Source of the DNA: an uncultured delta proteobacterium
GTDB lineage: Bacteria; Myxococcota_A; Polyangia; Fen-1088
Length of the DNA stretch: 64,000 nucleotides
Assembly (NCBI GenBank): GCA_963755125.1
Contig: CAVWIP010000007.1
Span: forward strand, 32,001-96,000
Reading direction: 5' to 3'
Position numbers and translations under genes: made by a program. Below are positions 53,296 through 63,396 of this stretch, one piece after another. Numbering within the stretch: the first letter of the stretch is position 1; every line of letters begins with the position of its first letter. The notes under the pieces are model-generated. The model had not been told where the DNA came from and did not search any database. It saw only the letters and a program-made list of their open reading frames with translations.

Positions 53296-53754
53296 ATGTC
53301 GCGGAGCTGCGTGCTCACTCTCATGTTCATGCTCGGGCTGGTCCCGCCGGCGCGCGCGCAAAAGGCGTCCCTGGAGGGCGTGGTCAACGTCAACACCGCC
53401 TCGCCCGAGGAACTGCGCCTGTTGCCTGGCGTCGGTCCCGCGCGCATCCGCAACATCCTAGCGTATCGCCACAAGCATCCCTTCCGCACCGTCGAGGAGC
53501 TGGCGCGTATCAAGGGCATCGGTCGCAAGATGGTGCGGCACTTGCGCGTCCACCTGGCGGTGAACGGTCCCACCACGGCGCAGAAGATCATCCGTCCGGT
53601 CTCGCCGGTGGTGGCTCCGCCCGCCCCACCCGTGCAGCCGGCACGTCCTCAGCCGCGGCCCGTGTCCGGTCAACGTCCCCCGCCGCGCAAGGGCGAGCCC
53701 GCCCATCAGGCCGCTGCCAACAGCCGGGGAAGCTCTTGCCTGCCTCCGCCCTGA
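53296..53754 (+). CDS. ComEA-family helix-hairpin-helix DNA-binding protein
   Basis: Signal peptide, VNVNTAS.EEL..LPGVG, F..VEEL..IKGIG. Confidence 0.9.
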   Translation: MSRSCVLTLMFMLGLVPPARAQKASLEGVVNVNTASPEELRLLPGVGPARIRNILAYRHKHPFRTVEELARIKGIGRKMVRHLRVHLAVNGPTTAQKIIRPVSPVVAPPAPPVQPARPQPRPVSGQRPPPRKGEPAHQAAANSRGSSCLPPP

Positions 53755-53813
53755 AAACGAGGCCAGTTCGGGCGAGCCCTCCAGCATCCTGGCCAGCGCT
53801 GGGCAAAACCCGC

Positions 53814-55883
53814 TCAGTGGATCTTGGCCATTGCCAGCAGACCGGCCACAACCAGCACCACCGACACCAGCAGCTTGACGTAGTACACGTAGCAGGTGCG
53901 AGTGGTGCCCGAGGTTTGCAGCGCAAGCAACTCGACATAGGGCGTGGGCGCGCGGCGGTACCAGCCCTTGGCCACGACCTCTGCGCCCTGCAACTCGCCT
54001 CGGCGGAGCAGGCCGAACAAGAACTCCCAGATACGCAGGGGTTGGCGATAGTCGAGGAAGATGATCCCGGTATGATCTCGGATGACGAAATCTTCGCTCC
54101 AGATCAGGCCGGGCACGCCGCGGCCGATCACCGTGCCGCGCAGGGTGCAGGGCACGCCGCGCACCGCTGAAACCTTCACCTTCTTCAGCAGTCCGGCCAC
54201 GTTCAGCGACGGGAAATCGCCTGATGAGTAGCTGAACCAGGTCTTGACCAGCATGCCCGCGCCCAAACCGGCCAGGCCCAGCCAGTACAGGCGCGGCTGG
54301 CCCGCGGCCAGGCCCGCGGCTAGGCCGGCCAAACCAAGGATGAAGGGCAGAAACATCACCAGCACGTCAACCAAGAACTCATCCCAGTAGGATTCGGGCT
54401 GCTTCTCGTCGAACAGCACCATGGGCGCGATATTCATACCGGCCGCCTGGCGCGACAGGAAGTCGAGCCGGTTGGCGATGAGCGGGTGGGTCGAGTGCAA
54501 CTCGTAGAACTTGGCCCAGGGGTTCCACAGATCCCAGCGCATGGCACCCTTGAGGTGGTCGGGGTTCAGGTTGGCGCCGCCCGCAGCCACCGCCGACATG
54601 GTGAACGCGCGGGCCGCGTTGCCGTCGAAGATACCCAGCGCGCCCAGCGATTCCACGCCCGGCCGGCGCGCGCCCGTGTCCTCGCCACCGGCGCGGGCCT
54701 TCTGCTTGCCCTGGCTGGCCAGGCCGTAGCCGATCTTGACCAGGGCGCTGGCCAGCAGATTCGGGTTGCCGGTGACCCGGCCGGAGAAGTTGTCGGCGCG
54801 GTACTCGCGCGTGCGCGACAGCCAGAGTACCAGATACTCGGACACGATGTAGACGAGGTACGCGCCGATGGCGATGCCAATGCGCGCACCGGCCGACTTG
54901 CCACGCGAGCGCATCCCGATCAGCGTTCGGTACAGGTAGTAGGCAATCAGCGGCACCAGCTGCGCCGCGGTCATGATCAGCATGTCCCACTGGACCGCGT
55001 GTCCAATCTCGTGCGCCACCACCCCCTCGACCTCGTCGTCCTGCAACAGGTCGTACAGTCCTTCGGTGATCACGATGCGGGCGTTGTTGGGCGTATGTCC
55101 GTAGGTGAAGGCGTTGGGCGCGCCGTCGTGAATGACGCCGATGCGAGGGAACTTCATGCCGTGCTCGCGACACACGCGCTCGATGAACTGGCGCAGCCAG
55201 CGGGGCAACGATTGCGGGTCAACCCAGCTCGCGCTGTAGAACCAGTCGATCGAGATGTCCATGATCCACGGACCGAAGAGGAACTGCAGCGTGACCACCA
55301 CGACGCCGATCAGCACGGCGAAACCGGCCGGGATACGGCCGGTCTCGACCACGGCGATGAGCAGTGCACCCAGCAACGCGTACATCACGACCAGCAGACT
55401 GATCGAGCGCACGAACAAATTGGGCAGCGGCTTCATCCCGGCTGCGTAGGCCGCCAGTTGCGCGCGTGAGATGGAGCCGTCGGCGTTGCGCTCGACGGTC
55501 GAGCGGGTCGCGGCCTGGTCGACCGCGAGATTGAGATTGGCATCGCCGGCCGCCACCACCTGCTGCAGTTCGCCCTTGTCCAGCCACAGGCCACCCGTGT
55601 CGCTGCACATGTCGAGCTCGACGCCGAACACGCTCAGGCGCTGCATGGGCTGGCCAGTGGCCGGGCTGGCCAGGTTTCCCGGGCGCGCCGCCTTTTCGGC
55701 CCGTTGCAATTCCACGATGAGCGCCTTGGCCGAGCGGGCGAAATAGAAGATCTCTCCTTTGTCCAGCCACACCCCGCCGCAGCTCCGGCAGTGGTCGACC
55801 TCCACCCCCTGCTTGGTGAGGGCCGCGACCAAAGGCTGGCCCGCGCAGTGGGGACAGGTCATCGATCTCGACTTGTTCTCCAT
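53814..55883 (-). CDS. HtpX/M48 zinc metalloprotease with two N-terminal TFIIB-type zinc ribbons and a C-terminal extension
   Basis: CPHC...DHCRSCGGVWLDKGE, PNAFTYG, HEIGH, SRTREYRAD, STHP; start ATG 55883. Confidence 0.9.
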   Translation of the reverse strand: MENKSRSMTCPHCAGQPLVAALTKQGVEVDHCRSCGGVWLDKGEIFYFARSAKALIVELQRAEKAARPGNLASPATGQPMQRLSVFGVELDMCSDTGGLWLDKGELQQVVAAGDANLNLAVDQAATRSTVERNADGSISRAQLAAYAAGMKPLPNLFVRSISLLVVMYALLGALLIAVVETGRIPAGFAVLIGVVVVTLQFLFGPWIMDISIDWFYSASWVDPQSLPRWLRQFIERVCREHGMKFPRIGVIHDGAPNAFTYGHTPNNARIVITEGLYDLLQDDEVEGVVAHEIGHAVQWDMLIMTAAQLVPLIAYYLYRTLIGMRSRGKSAGARIGIAIGAYLVYIVSEYLVLWLSRTREYRADNFSGRVTGNPNLLASALVKIGYGLASQGKQKARAGGEDTGARRPGVESLGALGIFDGNAARAFTMSAVAAGGANLNPDHLKGAMRWDLWNPWAKFYELHSTHPLIANRLDFLSRQAAGMNIAPMVLFDEKQPESYWDEFLVDVLVMFLPFILGLAGLAAGLAAGQPRLYWLGLAGLGAGMLVKTWFSYSSGDFPSLNVAGLLKKVKVSAVRGVPCTLRGTVIGRGVPGLIWSEDFVIRDHTGIIFLDYRQPLRIWEFLFGLLRRGELQGAEVVAKGWYRRAPTPYVELLALQTSGTTRTCYVYYVKLLVSVVLVVAGLLAMAKIH

Positions 55884-56001
55884 CGTGGTTCCCCCGGCGA
55901 AACGACAACCGTCGCATTGTTCCACGCGCCCTCCGGGCACACAAGGCAGGGGCCAGTCTGGGCGCTGCACCCTGCGAGACGTGTCGGAGTCGAGCCTGTG
56001 A

Positions 56002-58527
56002 GTGGACCAAGGATCTCCTGGTTGGGCCGGCGTGACTGGCCCAACTGACAGCGGCCTGGGCGGGGCGCGATGGCGTAGACTGCGTGCCGTGGTCGCGACA
56101 GGCCCTTCAGCACGCGGCGGCGGCTGGCTCCGCTTGGCGAACCCGCTGCGGCGGTTTCGCCGGCGTGGCGAGACCGGGAGCGATGCCTGTCCCACGCGTC
56201 GGGGGCCCGATAACCCGCTGGCAATCGCTTGCGCAATGCTGGTCGGGTTTCTCGCCTTGCTCTACGCGCCCCTGTTTTTCGGTCGGGTGCTTTACCAGCG
56301 GGACCTGTCGTGGTGGATCCTCCCGGCACGGGCCTTCGTTCGCAATGCGCTCGCCGGCGGCTACGCGCCGACGTGGAATCCCTTTGTCGGACTGGGTTTG
56401 CCCGTCTTGGCCAATCCGCTCTTCGGCCTCTTCTATCCGCCCAATCTGCTCCACCTGGTCGGCCCGCTGGCGTGGATGGTGACCGCGGTTCTCTGGCTGC
56501 ATCTCGTGTTCGGCGCAGTCGGAATGTTGCTGCTGGCCCGGCGATTCGTCTCACATCCCGTCGCTGCGCTGCTGGCCGGGCTGGCCTGGGCGGCCAGCGG
56601 CTTTGCCACATCGATGTGGACATTCGGCATCCAGATTGCGGCCTACGCGTGGACGCCCTGGTGCGGAATCGGCTTCATCGCGCTGCTTCGGGCCTTCGAC
56701 GATCCCGGCCGCAGCCGAGCCGGCGCCCTGCTGCGCGGCGCCCTGCCCGTGGCTGCCGCGCTGTTACTCGGCGATCCCTTTCTCGCCATTCTCAATGTGG
56801 GCTTTGGCCTGGCGGTGACGCTGGTCTGGCGGTACGGCCAGCCCGCCGATCATCCCGCCGTGGCCAGCTTCGCGCCAGGGCGCGTGGTGGCGGGAGCGCT
56901 CGCGGGAGTGCTGATCCTGGCAGTGGCGCTGGCCGCGGTTTCGTGGCTGCCCACGGCGTGGAATCTGTCCGGTACCGAGCGCAACCAGGCCCTGCTCTCG
57001 TCGGTGGCGGAGCAGGCCTCGTTGCATCCATTGCGCACCTTGGAACTGGTGGCCGCCGACAGCATGCGCGCTGCTTTCGAGTTGCAGCCCGAGCGCGTCG
57101 GCAGAATGCTGGGTGGCTTGCAGCCGCTCACCACCAGCGTGTACGCCGGTGGTTCGGTCCTCGCATTGGCGCTGCTTGCGTTCGGCCGGCGGCGCAGGCA
57201 GGCGTGGATCCTCGCTGGCCTGGCGGGACTGGCATGGCTGCTCGCCATGGGCCACTACACGCCGGTACACCAGGCGCTGCGCAGGCTGGTGCCACCGCTG
57301 GCGTTCATGCGCTACCCGGAGAAGTATCTGGTGCTGCTCTTTGGGTTCATCGCGCTGCTCGCGGCCATGGGCGCGCAGCGCTTCCTCGAGCAGCAGCAGC
57401 GCCGGAGTATTTGGAAGCGGGTGGCAGGGTTGCTTGTGTTCGAGGCGCTGCTCTTTCCGCTCGCGCTGTGGGTGCTGCCGCGCGACCTGGTGCCGGCTGC
57501 CTGGCGCGGTCTGGCCCAGGGACTCTTGGCCACATTGTTGGTCGGGCTGCTGACCACGCTTCGCCCTGGCTGGCCAGCGGTGGTGCTGCTGGTGGCGACT
57601 ATCGCCGTCGATCTCGGGCTGGGCGCGTTCCCCCTTTTGCGCTGGTCGACGGCGCAGCGGCTGGCCGAAAAGCCGCCCATGGCTGTCGCCATCTTGGACA
57701 CCGCCGCGCGTGCGCCTGCACCCCCGAGGCTGTACCGCTCGCCCAGGCTGTCCGAGACGATGCGGCGCTATCTTCCGCGCGACCAGCCGGTCACCAGCGT
57801 CACTTTGCACGACAACTTCTCCGTGATCTTCGGCATCGCGATCCTTCCCGGCTACGACGCCGCACTGTCACCCGCCCTCGGCCGACTGCTCTCCATGGGC
57901 CGAAATCAGACGCTACGTCTCATCGGCGCCGAATTCGCCCTGCTGCCCATGGACGATCCAGCGCGCAACCTGCCCGCGCGTCCCGAACTCGAGCCGCTGC
58001 TCGATCCAGTGCCAGGCGCGCGCCTCTACCGGGTGCCCAACGTGTTGCCCCGGGTGTACCTAGCGCCCGAGGCCGTGGTGGCGGACGACAACCAGGCTCT
58101 GCGCGAAGTCGCCGAACCGCCGGTGCTCGACGGTCGGCGGGTCATCCTGGCACCGGGATCTGGTGCCCAGGCGCGGGTTCCGACCCCCGCGACGCGTGGC
58201 AACTGCTCACTCGAAGCTTTCGCGCCGGCGAACATCGAAGCGACCTGCGAGGGCGAAAGCGCGGGATTCGCAGTCTTCCTCGAACAGCACGCGTCGGGAT
58301 GGACCGCGACCGTCGACGGGATGCCGGCGCCCGTGCTGCGAGCGAATCTGGTCATGCGCGCGGTGCCAGTGACGGCCGGACGTCACCGGATCGCACTTCG
58401 CTACTGGCCCGATGGGCTCGCCGCAGGCCTGGGTGTTTCCGCAGCGGGTCTCGCTGCTTGCCTCGTGTTCCTGCTCGCGCCTCGACTCCGCGGTCGCCGG
58501 CGGGGCAGCCCTTTGGCCGGTACGTGA
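56002..58527 (+). CDS. YfhO-family GT-C membrane protein (start uncertain)
   Basis: RDL...P, PTWNPF.G.G.P.LANP, FYPPN, RYPEK, GWTATVDG...RAN...RAV.V.AGRH. Confidence 0.82.
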   Translation: MDQGSPGWAGVTGPTDSGLGGARWRRLRAVVATGPSARGGGWLRLANPLRRFRRRGETGSDACPTRRGPDNPLAIACAMLVGFLALLYAPLFFGRVLYQRDLSWWILPARAFVRNALAGGYAPTWNPFVGLGLPVLANPLFGLFYPPNLLHLVGPLAWMVTAVLWLHLVFGAVGMLLLARRFVSHPVAALLAGLAWAASGFATSMWTFGIQIAAYAWTPWCGIGFIALLRAFDDPGRSRAGALLRGALPVAAALLLGDPFLAILNVGFGLAVTLVWRYGQPADHPAVASFAPGRVVAGALAGVLILAVALAAVSWLPTAWNLSGTERNQALLSSVAEQASLHPLRTLELVAADSMRAAFELQPERVGRMLGGLQPLTTSVYAGGSVLALALLAFGRRRRQAWILAGLAGLAWLLAMGHYTPVHQALRRLVPPLAFMRYPEKYLVLLFGFIALLAAMGAQRFLEQQQRRSIWKRVAGLLVFEALLFPLALWVLPRDLVPAAWRGLAQGLLATLLVGLLTTLRPGWPAVVLLVATIAVDLGLGAFPLLRWSTAQRLAEKPPMAVAILDTAARAPAPPRLYRSPRLSETMRRYLPRDQPVTSVTLHDNFSVIFGIAILPGYDAALSPALGRLLSMGRNQTLRLIGAEFALLPMDDPARNLPARPELEPLLDPVPGARLYRVPNVLPRVYLAPEAVVADDNQALREVAEPPVLDGRRVILAPGSGAQARVPTPATRGNCSLEAFAPANIEATCEGESAGFAVFLEQHASGWTATVDGMPAPVLRANLVMRAVPVTAGRHRIALRYWPDGLAAGLGVSAAGLAACLVFLLAPRLRGRRRGSPLAGT

Positions 58528-58626
58528 CCTCCTCAATCGTGGATGGCCACCGCAGATCCTGCGGGCCTGCGCCCGGATCTCCAAGAAACGGGTGCTTGCC
58601 CCCTGCGGTCGGGCAGTGTTAGTCGG

Positions 58627-59712
58627 ATGGACGTGACCACGATCTCGGTTCCGCTCGGCCCAAGGAGCTACGACGTCTGCATCGCGCCCGCAGACGCGAC
58701 CGACACGGCGAAGAAGATCGCCGCGGCACTGGGCAAGCCCACCGGGGTGGCCGCGCTGGTGGACAGCCGGCTAGGCCAGCTATCGCCGCGCGTGCAGCCG
58801 TTGATCGACGCTCTTGCCGCACACCTGCCCGGCGTCCGGCGCCTGGATCTTCCAGCCGGTGAATCTTGCAAGAGCCTCGCGGCCATCGAGCACACCTGTG
58901 GTTGGCTGGCCGACAACGGCTACGATCGCGGCGCTGCGCTGGTGGGCATCGGGGGCGGCGCCACCAGCGACCACACCGGCTTTGCCGCTTCCATCTACCT
59001 GCGCGGGATCGCGTACGCCACTTGCCCCACCACCTTGCTGGCCATGGTGGACGCATCGGTGGGGGGAAAAACCGGGGTGGACATCGCCGCGGGCAAGAAT
59101 CTGGTCGGCGCCTTTCACCAGCCGCGCGCAGTAGTGGCCGATCCAGCGTTCCTCGATTCGTTGCCTAGCCGCGAGATCGCGGCCGGGATGGCCGAGGCGG
59201 TCAAGGCCGGGCTCATCGCCGACCCAGCCCTGCTCGACACGCTGGAGGCGCAGGCCGGCGCGGCCATTCCAGCCGCCGCGCTGGCGAAGATCATCGAGGC
59301 TGCGGTGCGGGTCAAGGTGGACGTGGTGGTTGCCGACGAGCGCGAGAGCGGCCGGCGCGCGATCCTGAACTTCGGGCACACCGTCGGCCACGCCATCGAG
59401 GCAGCATCCGCCTTCCAGCTTCTGCACGGCGAGGCCGTCTCGCTCGGGATGATTGCGGCTCTAGCCCTGGGTGTCGCTTGCGGCGTGACCGAACCCGGTC
59501 TGCTCGCGCGCACGACAGCGCTGCTGGCGCGTCTAGGTCTGCCGGTGGACGTGAAGCACCGGCTTACCGCGGATGTGCTCGACCGCGTGGAAGTCGACAA
59601 GAAGCGCGTATCCGACACCGTCCGATTCGTCCTGGTACCGTGTCCCGGCCAAGTCATCATCCAGGGAATCGCCCTGGACGAGCTGAAGCGGCAGCTTGTT
59701 GCTGCAGTGTAG
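58627..59712 (+). CDS. aroB: 3-dehydroquinate synthase
   Basis: GESCKS, GGGATSD, PTTLLAMVDASVGGKTG, KNLVGAFHQP, LNFGHT.GHAIE, HGEAV, DKK. Confidence 0.96.
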   Translation: MDVTTISVPLGPRSYDVCIAPADATDTAKKIAAALGKPTGVAALVDSRLGQLSPRVQPLIDALAAHLPGVRRLDLPAGESCKSLAAIEHTCGWLADNGYDRGAALVGIGGGATSDHTGFAASIYLRGIAYATCPTTLLAMVDASVGGKTGVDIAAGKNLVGAFHQPRAVVADPAFLDSLPSREIAAGMAEAVKAGLIADPALLDTLEAQAGAAIPAAALAKIIEAAVRVKVDVVVADERESGRRAILNFGHTVGHAIEAASAFQLLHGEAVSLGMIAALALGVACGVTEPGLLARTTALLARLGLPVDVKHRLTADVLDRVEVDKKRVSDTVRFVLVPCPGQVIIQGIALDELKRQLVAAV

Positions 59713-59779
59713 CATCGCGTTTGCCACTCGCGCCATGCAGAAAGTAGTCGCCAAACCTACATGTAATACAATCGGCTGT

Positions 59780-60370
59780 ATGACACTGCGCGGTTTCAGT
59801 CAAGTCTCCTTCATCGGCCTCTTGCTTCTGGCTGTTCAAGGCTGCGCAACCACCACGACTGAAACCTGGCAAGTCCGGCCGCCGGTCGTGCGCGCATCGT
59901 CGAGCGGACCGCCGCCAGGTCTGTTCGGCCAGAGACGGCGTGCCGGGCCCGATCACTCGAACACAGCGGTGGGCGTGGTGGAACGGTCGCTGCACGAGCG
60001 CGGAATCCGTTTCGGCACCGACGGTACGGCCGCCTCTCTGTATCAGTTCCTGCACGCGCAGTATCCCGAGGTCCAGGCCAGCGAGGCGCGTGCCGGCGAC
60101 GTGCTGTTCTTCGACCTGGGCGATGGTTCGGGCTGTGGCGGCCACACCGGTCTGGTCGACCTGGTCGACAGCGGGGGTCGGCTCATCTTTCTCGAATGGC
60201 GCGACGGCGGCGCCCGCCGCAGTTACGTCCATCCCGGCCAGCCGCACACCAGGCGCGCTGGAGCGCAAATCATGAACACTTTCCTGCGGGTCAAGCTGCC
60301 TGACGATCCCCCATCCGCCCGTTATTTCGCCGGTGAACTCCTGTGTTCGGTGGTGCGGCCGCAGCCGTAA
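59780..60370 (+). CDS. Lipoprotein with NlpC/P60-CHAP-like fold
   Basis: VQGC lipobox, AGDVLFF, HTGLV; TACAAT -10 lies 7 nt before the ATG. Confidence 0.65.
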   Translation: MTLRGFSQVSFIGLLLLAVQGCATTTTETWQVRPPVVRASSSGPPPGLFGQRRRAGPDHSNTAVGVVERSLHERGIRFGTDGTAASLYQFLHAQYPEVQASEARAGDVLFFDLGDGSGCGGHTGLVDLVDSGGRLIFLEWRDGGARRSYVHPGQPHTRRAGAQIMNTFLRVKLPDDPPSARYFAGELLCSVVRPQP

Positions 60371-60410
60371 AAAACTTGCCCCCTTTTTCGGTCGGCGCTA
60401 TCCAACTAGC

Positions 60411-60920
60411 ATGAGCATCGAGGTCGAGCGAGCCACTGTAACCTGCAATGCCTGCGGCGCCCAGGTCACCGAGTTGCGTCGCGGGCGGTGCTGGGCTTGC
60501 TACATGAAGTGGGCCGAAATGCGGCCAGTCCCTCGGGGTGCCATCTGCGCTTTGTGCACCGATCGCCGCCGCGAGCACCTGCGCCTGGTCGAGCTGTGCG
60601 GGCGCTCGGTTTCGCTCTGTCACCTGTGCGCCGCGCGTGTGCACAAGATGGCCGACGTCCCGCTGACGCTGGACGAGTTGCGCAGTTCACTTCGTCGCGA
60701 CCGCCGCAAGACCGAGCGTCGCGAGGGAGGTCTCGATCGGCGCGTTTTCCCGCGCGAAAGGCGCGTCGGTGATCGGCGTTCTCCACCGCGGGATCTGGCG
60801 CGCAACGCGAGCGGGGCGGGCGAGGCGCTGCCCGACTTCAGCGATCTGGAAATCGTCGTCGGGGACGAGGACATCGAGGAAATCGAGCAGACCCTGGTGC
60901 GCGAACAACCACGGAAATGA
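60411..60920 (+). CDS. Cys-rich (4x CxxC) Zn-finger protein with tandem [DE]RRxxxR motifs and an acidic tail
   Basis: CNAC, CWAC, CALC, CHLC; DRRKTER, DRRVFPR, ERRVGDR, DRRSPPR. Confidence 0.7.
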   Translation: MSIEVERATVTCNACGAQVTELRRGRCWACYMKWAEMRPVPRGAICALCTDRRREHLRLVELCGRSVSLCHLCAARVHKMADVPLTLDELRSSLRRDRRKTERREGGLDRRVFPRERRVGDRRSPPRDLARNASGAGEALPDFSDLEIVVGDEDIEEIEQTLVREQPRK

Positions 60921-60924
60921 TGGG

Positions 60925-61323
60925 CTACCGCCCCGGCAACTCGATCTTCCATTCGCGGCCTTCGCGCGCCAACGACAGCGTGTGGCGATCGCCCGTCGCT
61001 GAGTAGACCTCGACCTCGGCGCTGTCCCGGTCGCGGCGCAGAACCCGCGTTCCGGCCGGTTCCCAGGCCGGCGGCGCCCAGCCCACGGACAGGAAGTCTT
61101 CCGACTTCATCATCATGCGGCCGCTCAGGCGCCGACTGGTGCTCTGCAGGGATTCGATGCGCGCCCTGGTGGCAGGCCCCAGTCGCTGGAACACGCTGCT
61201 GCGATCTCCGGTGCGAGCCGCGGCGATGAACAGTCGCACGGCTCCCTCGGGGTTCTCTGGTCCATCGCCCGCAGAACAGCTGGCGAGAAGCAAGAACGCA
61301 ACCCAGAGTGCAGCGCGGGACAT
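60925..61323 (-). CDS. Lipoprotein with NTF2/DUF4878-like fold
   Basis: LASC lipobox, PEGAVRLF..A..GD, LAREGREWKI. Confidence 0.7.
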   Translation of the reverse strand: MSRAALWVAFLLLASCSAGDGPENPEGAVRLFIAAARTGDRSSVFQRLGPATRARIESLQSTSRRLSGRMMMKSEDFLSVGWAPPAWEPAGTRVLRRDRDSAEVEVYSATGDRHTLSLAREGREWKIELPGR

Positions 61324-61332
61324 CGAAGGGTG

Positions 61333-62337
61333 TCAGTCCTTGGTGCCCATGATGCCCAAGCGCTGGCGCACGCGCGCCATGGTTTCCGCGGCCACGATGC
61401 GCGCGCGGCGCGCGCCCTCGGCCAAGATGGTGTCGACCGTCTGGGGGGTTGCCAGAAGTTCTTCACGTCGCGCGCGGATGCGGTGCAGATCCGACTTCAC
61501 CCCCTCGAAGAGCCATCTCTTGCAGTCGATGCAGCCGATGCCCGCGCTGGTGCAGCCCGCGCGCACTTCGGCCTGGCGCTCGGCCGACGAGAAGAACTTG
61601 TGCAAGGTGAAGATGTTGCACTTGTCGGGGTCGCCCGGATCCGTGCGCCGCTTGCGCGCGGGATCCGTCGCGGCGGTGCGCAGCTTGTCCCAGGCCGCCT
61701 CGTCGGGATCGCGCAGGGAAATGGTGTTGCCCAGGCTCTTGGACATCTTGGCCTGCCCGTCCAGGCCGAGGATCTTGGGCGTGGACGAGTACAACGCCTC
61801 GGGCTCGGCAAAGGTCTGGCCGAAACGCGCATTCCACTTGCGCACGATCTCACGCGCCAACTCCAGGTGCTGGCGCTGGTCCTCGCCCACGGGCACGCGC
61901 GTGGCCCCATAGATGAGGATGTCCGCGGCCATCAGGACAGGGTAGGTGAAGATCCCGGCGTTGACGTTGTCCGGGTCTTTCGCAGACTTTTCCTTGAACT
62001 GGGTCATGCGCCCGAGCTCGCCAAAAGGCGTGACCGCGGAAAGCGCCCAGGCCAGCTCGGTATGCTCGGGAACCGCGGATTGCACGAAGAGGGTCGACTT
62101 CGCAGGATCGATGCCGCAGGCAAGCAGATCCGTGGCCATTTCGTGCACCCGGCGTGGCATCTCAGCGGGTTCAAATGGCTGGGTGATGGCGTGGTAGTCG
62201 ACCACGCAGAAGAAGCAGCGGTAGTTGTCCTGGAGCGCGACCCAGTTGCGCACGGCTCCCAGATAGTTTCCCAGGTGCAGCTCGCCCGAGGGCTGGATGC
62301 CGGAAAAGATGGTTTCACGCGAAGTCGAGGGGCTCAT
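61333..62337 (-). CDS. trpS: Tryptophan--tRNA ligase
   Basis: SGIQPSG.LHLGNYLG, YPVLMAADIL, VPVGEDQ, KMSKS. Confidence 0.98.
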   Translation of the reverse strand: MSPSTSRETIFSGIQPSGELHLGNYLGAVRNWVALQDNYRCFFCVVDYHAITQPFEPAEMPRRVHEMATDLLACGIDPAKSTLFVQSAVPEHTELAWALSAVTPFGELGRMTQFKEKSAKDPDNVNAGIFTYPVLMAADILIYGATRVPVGEDQRQHLELAREIVRKWNARFGQTFAEPEALYSSTPKILGLDGQAKMSKSLGNTISLRDPDEAAWDKLRTAATDPARKRRTDPGDPDKCNIFTLHKFFSSAERQAEVRAGCTSAGIGCIDCKRWLFEGVKSDLHRIRARREELLATPQTVDTILAEGARRARIVAAETMARVRQRLGIMGTKD

Positions 62338-62348
62338 GGTTCACGCCG

Positions 62349-62377
62349 GTTGTAGTCGGCGTCCCACTGACGGTCAA
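62349..62377 (-). promoter_or_regulatory. Probable trpS promoter (very short leader)
   Basis: Minus strand TTGACC-17 nt-TACAAC, 11 nt before the ATG. Confidence 0.45.
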
Positions 62378-62511
62378 GGGCGGCAAGCGCAAATCCCAGC
62401 GTAGTGGCCGCATGCGATGGCCCAGCCGCGCCGCTCTGCGTGCGCCATCGCGGACGTTGCTCCTTGGTGAATAGAGGACTAGCCTGACAGGTCATACGTG
62501 AGGAGGACCAC

Positions 62512-63312
62512 ATGAAGCGCGCCGTAGCTTGGGTGCCTATTCTCGCCGGTCTGGCTTTGGCCGGCTGTTTTCCGGCCACCGTAGGCGTGTCCGTACCGGT
62601 AGGGCCGGGGCCTGATGAGATGCCTCCCCCTCCGCCTGCCCCACCTCCTGCCTACGCGGAACCCGAAGCGCAGGTGTACGTCGCCAACCAGCCGCCGCCG
62701 CCGCCAATGGAATACCCGCCGCCAGCACCGGGGCCTGGCTATGCCTGGATCGGGGGCTACTGGGACTGGACGGGCGCCGATTGGTTCTGGGTTGGCGGCA
62801 CCTGGACGCCGGCGCGCCCTGGCTACATGTACGTGGGGCCCCGCTACGTGGTGATCGGCGGGCGCCCTGTCTATGAGCGCGGCTACTGGCACGACCGTGA
62901 GGGTCGCCGTGACTATTACTACGGGCGACCAGCCAACGCGTATCGTGGATCGCCGCCACCGGGTCGCCCAGGTGTGTACGCCAGTCCGCCGCCAGCGCCT
63001 GGTCATCACCCCGGGGCCGTGTACGCCAGTCCGCCGCCGGGGCCTGGCCACCAGCCCGCGTACGGCAGTCCGCCGCCAGGGCCTGGCCACCAGCCCGCGC
63101 AGGGCGGCCCAGCCTCACCCGCGCCGTTCGCGCCACATCAGGGCTGGCGAGGCAATTCTACCGGCTCACCACCTCCGCCAGCAGCGCATGCGCCCACAGC
63201 GGCTCCATCCCCTCAGCCCAGCCAGACACGCGCCTCACCGCCACCTGCCGGCAAGCCGACCGGCGCGCGGCCTGCGGCGCCTCGTCGAGGCCATGAGAAG
63301 GGCGAAAAATAG
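62512..63312 (+). CDS. YXWGXW-repeat proline-rich lipoprotein
   Basis: GAGGAGG SD, LAGC lipobox, WIGGYW.W, WVGGTW, YERGYW. Confidence 0.85.
   Translation: MKRAVAWVPILAGLALAGCFPATVGVSVPVGPGPDEMPPPPPAPPPAYAEPEAQVYVANQPPPPPMEYPPPAPGPGYAWIGGYWDWTGADWFWVGGTWTPARPGYMYVGPRYVVIGGRPVYERGYWHDREGRRDYYYGRPANAYRGSPPPGRPGVYASPPPAPGHHPGAVYASPPPGPGHQPAYGSPPPGPGHQPAQGGPASPAPFAPHQGWRGNSTGSPPPPAAHAPTAAPSPQPSQTRASPPPAGKPTGARPAAPRRGHEKGEK
62977..63099 (+). repeat. Degenerate 39-45 bp tandem repeats (Y[AG]SPPPxPGHxP)
   Basis: Units start at 62977, 63022 and 63061. Confidence 0.75.
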
Positions 63313-63396
63313 CGCGGCCAAGACGGGCGCGAGCCCGCGCGCCGGTGCTACGCGAGGTTGCTGTCGGCAAGCGGCGTGAGGCGAGAGCGGCAACCG

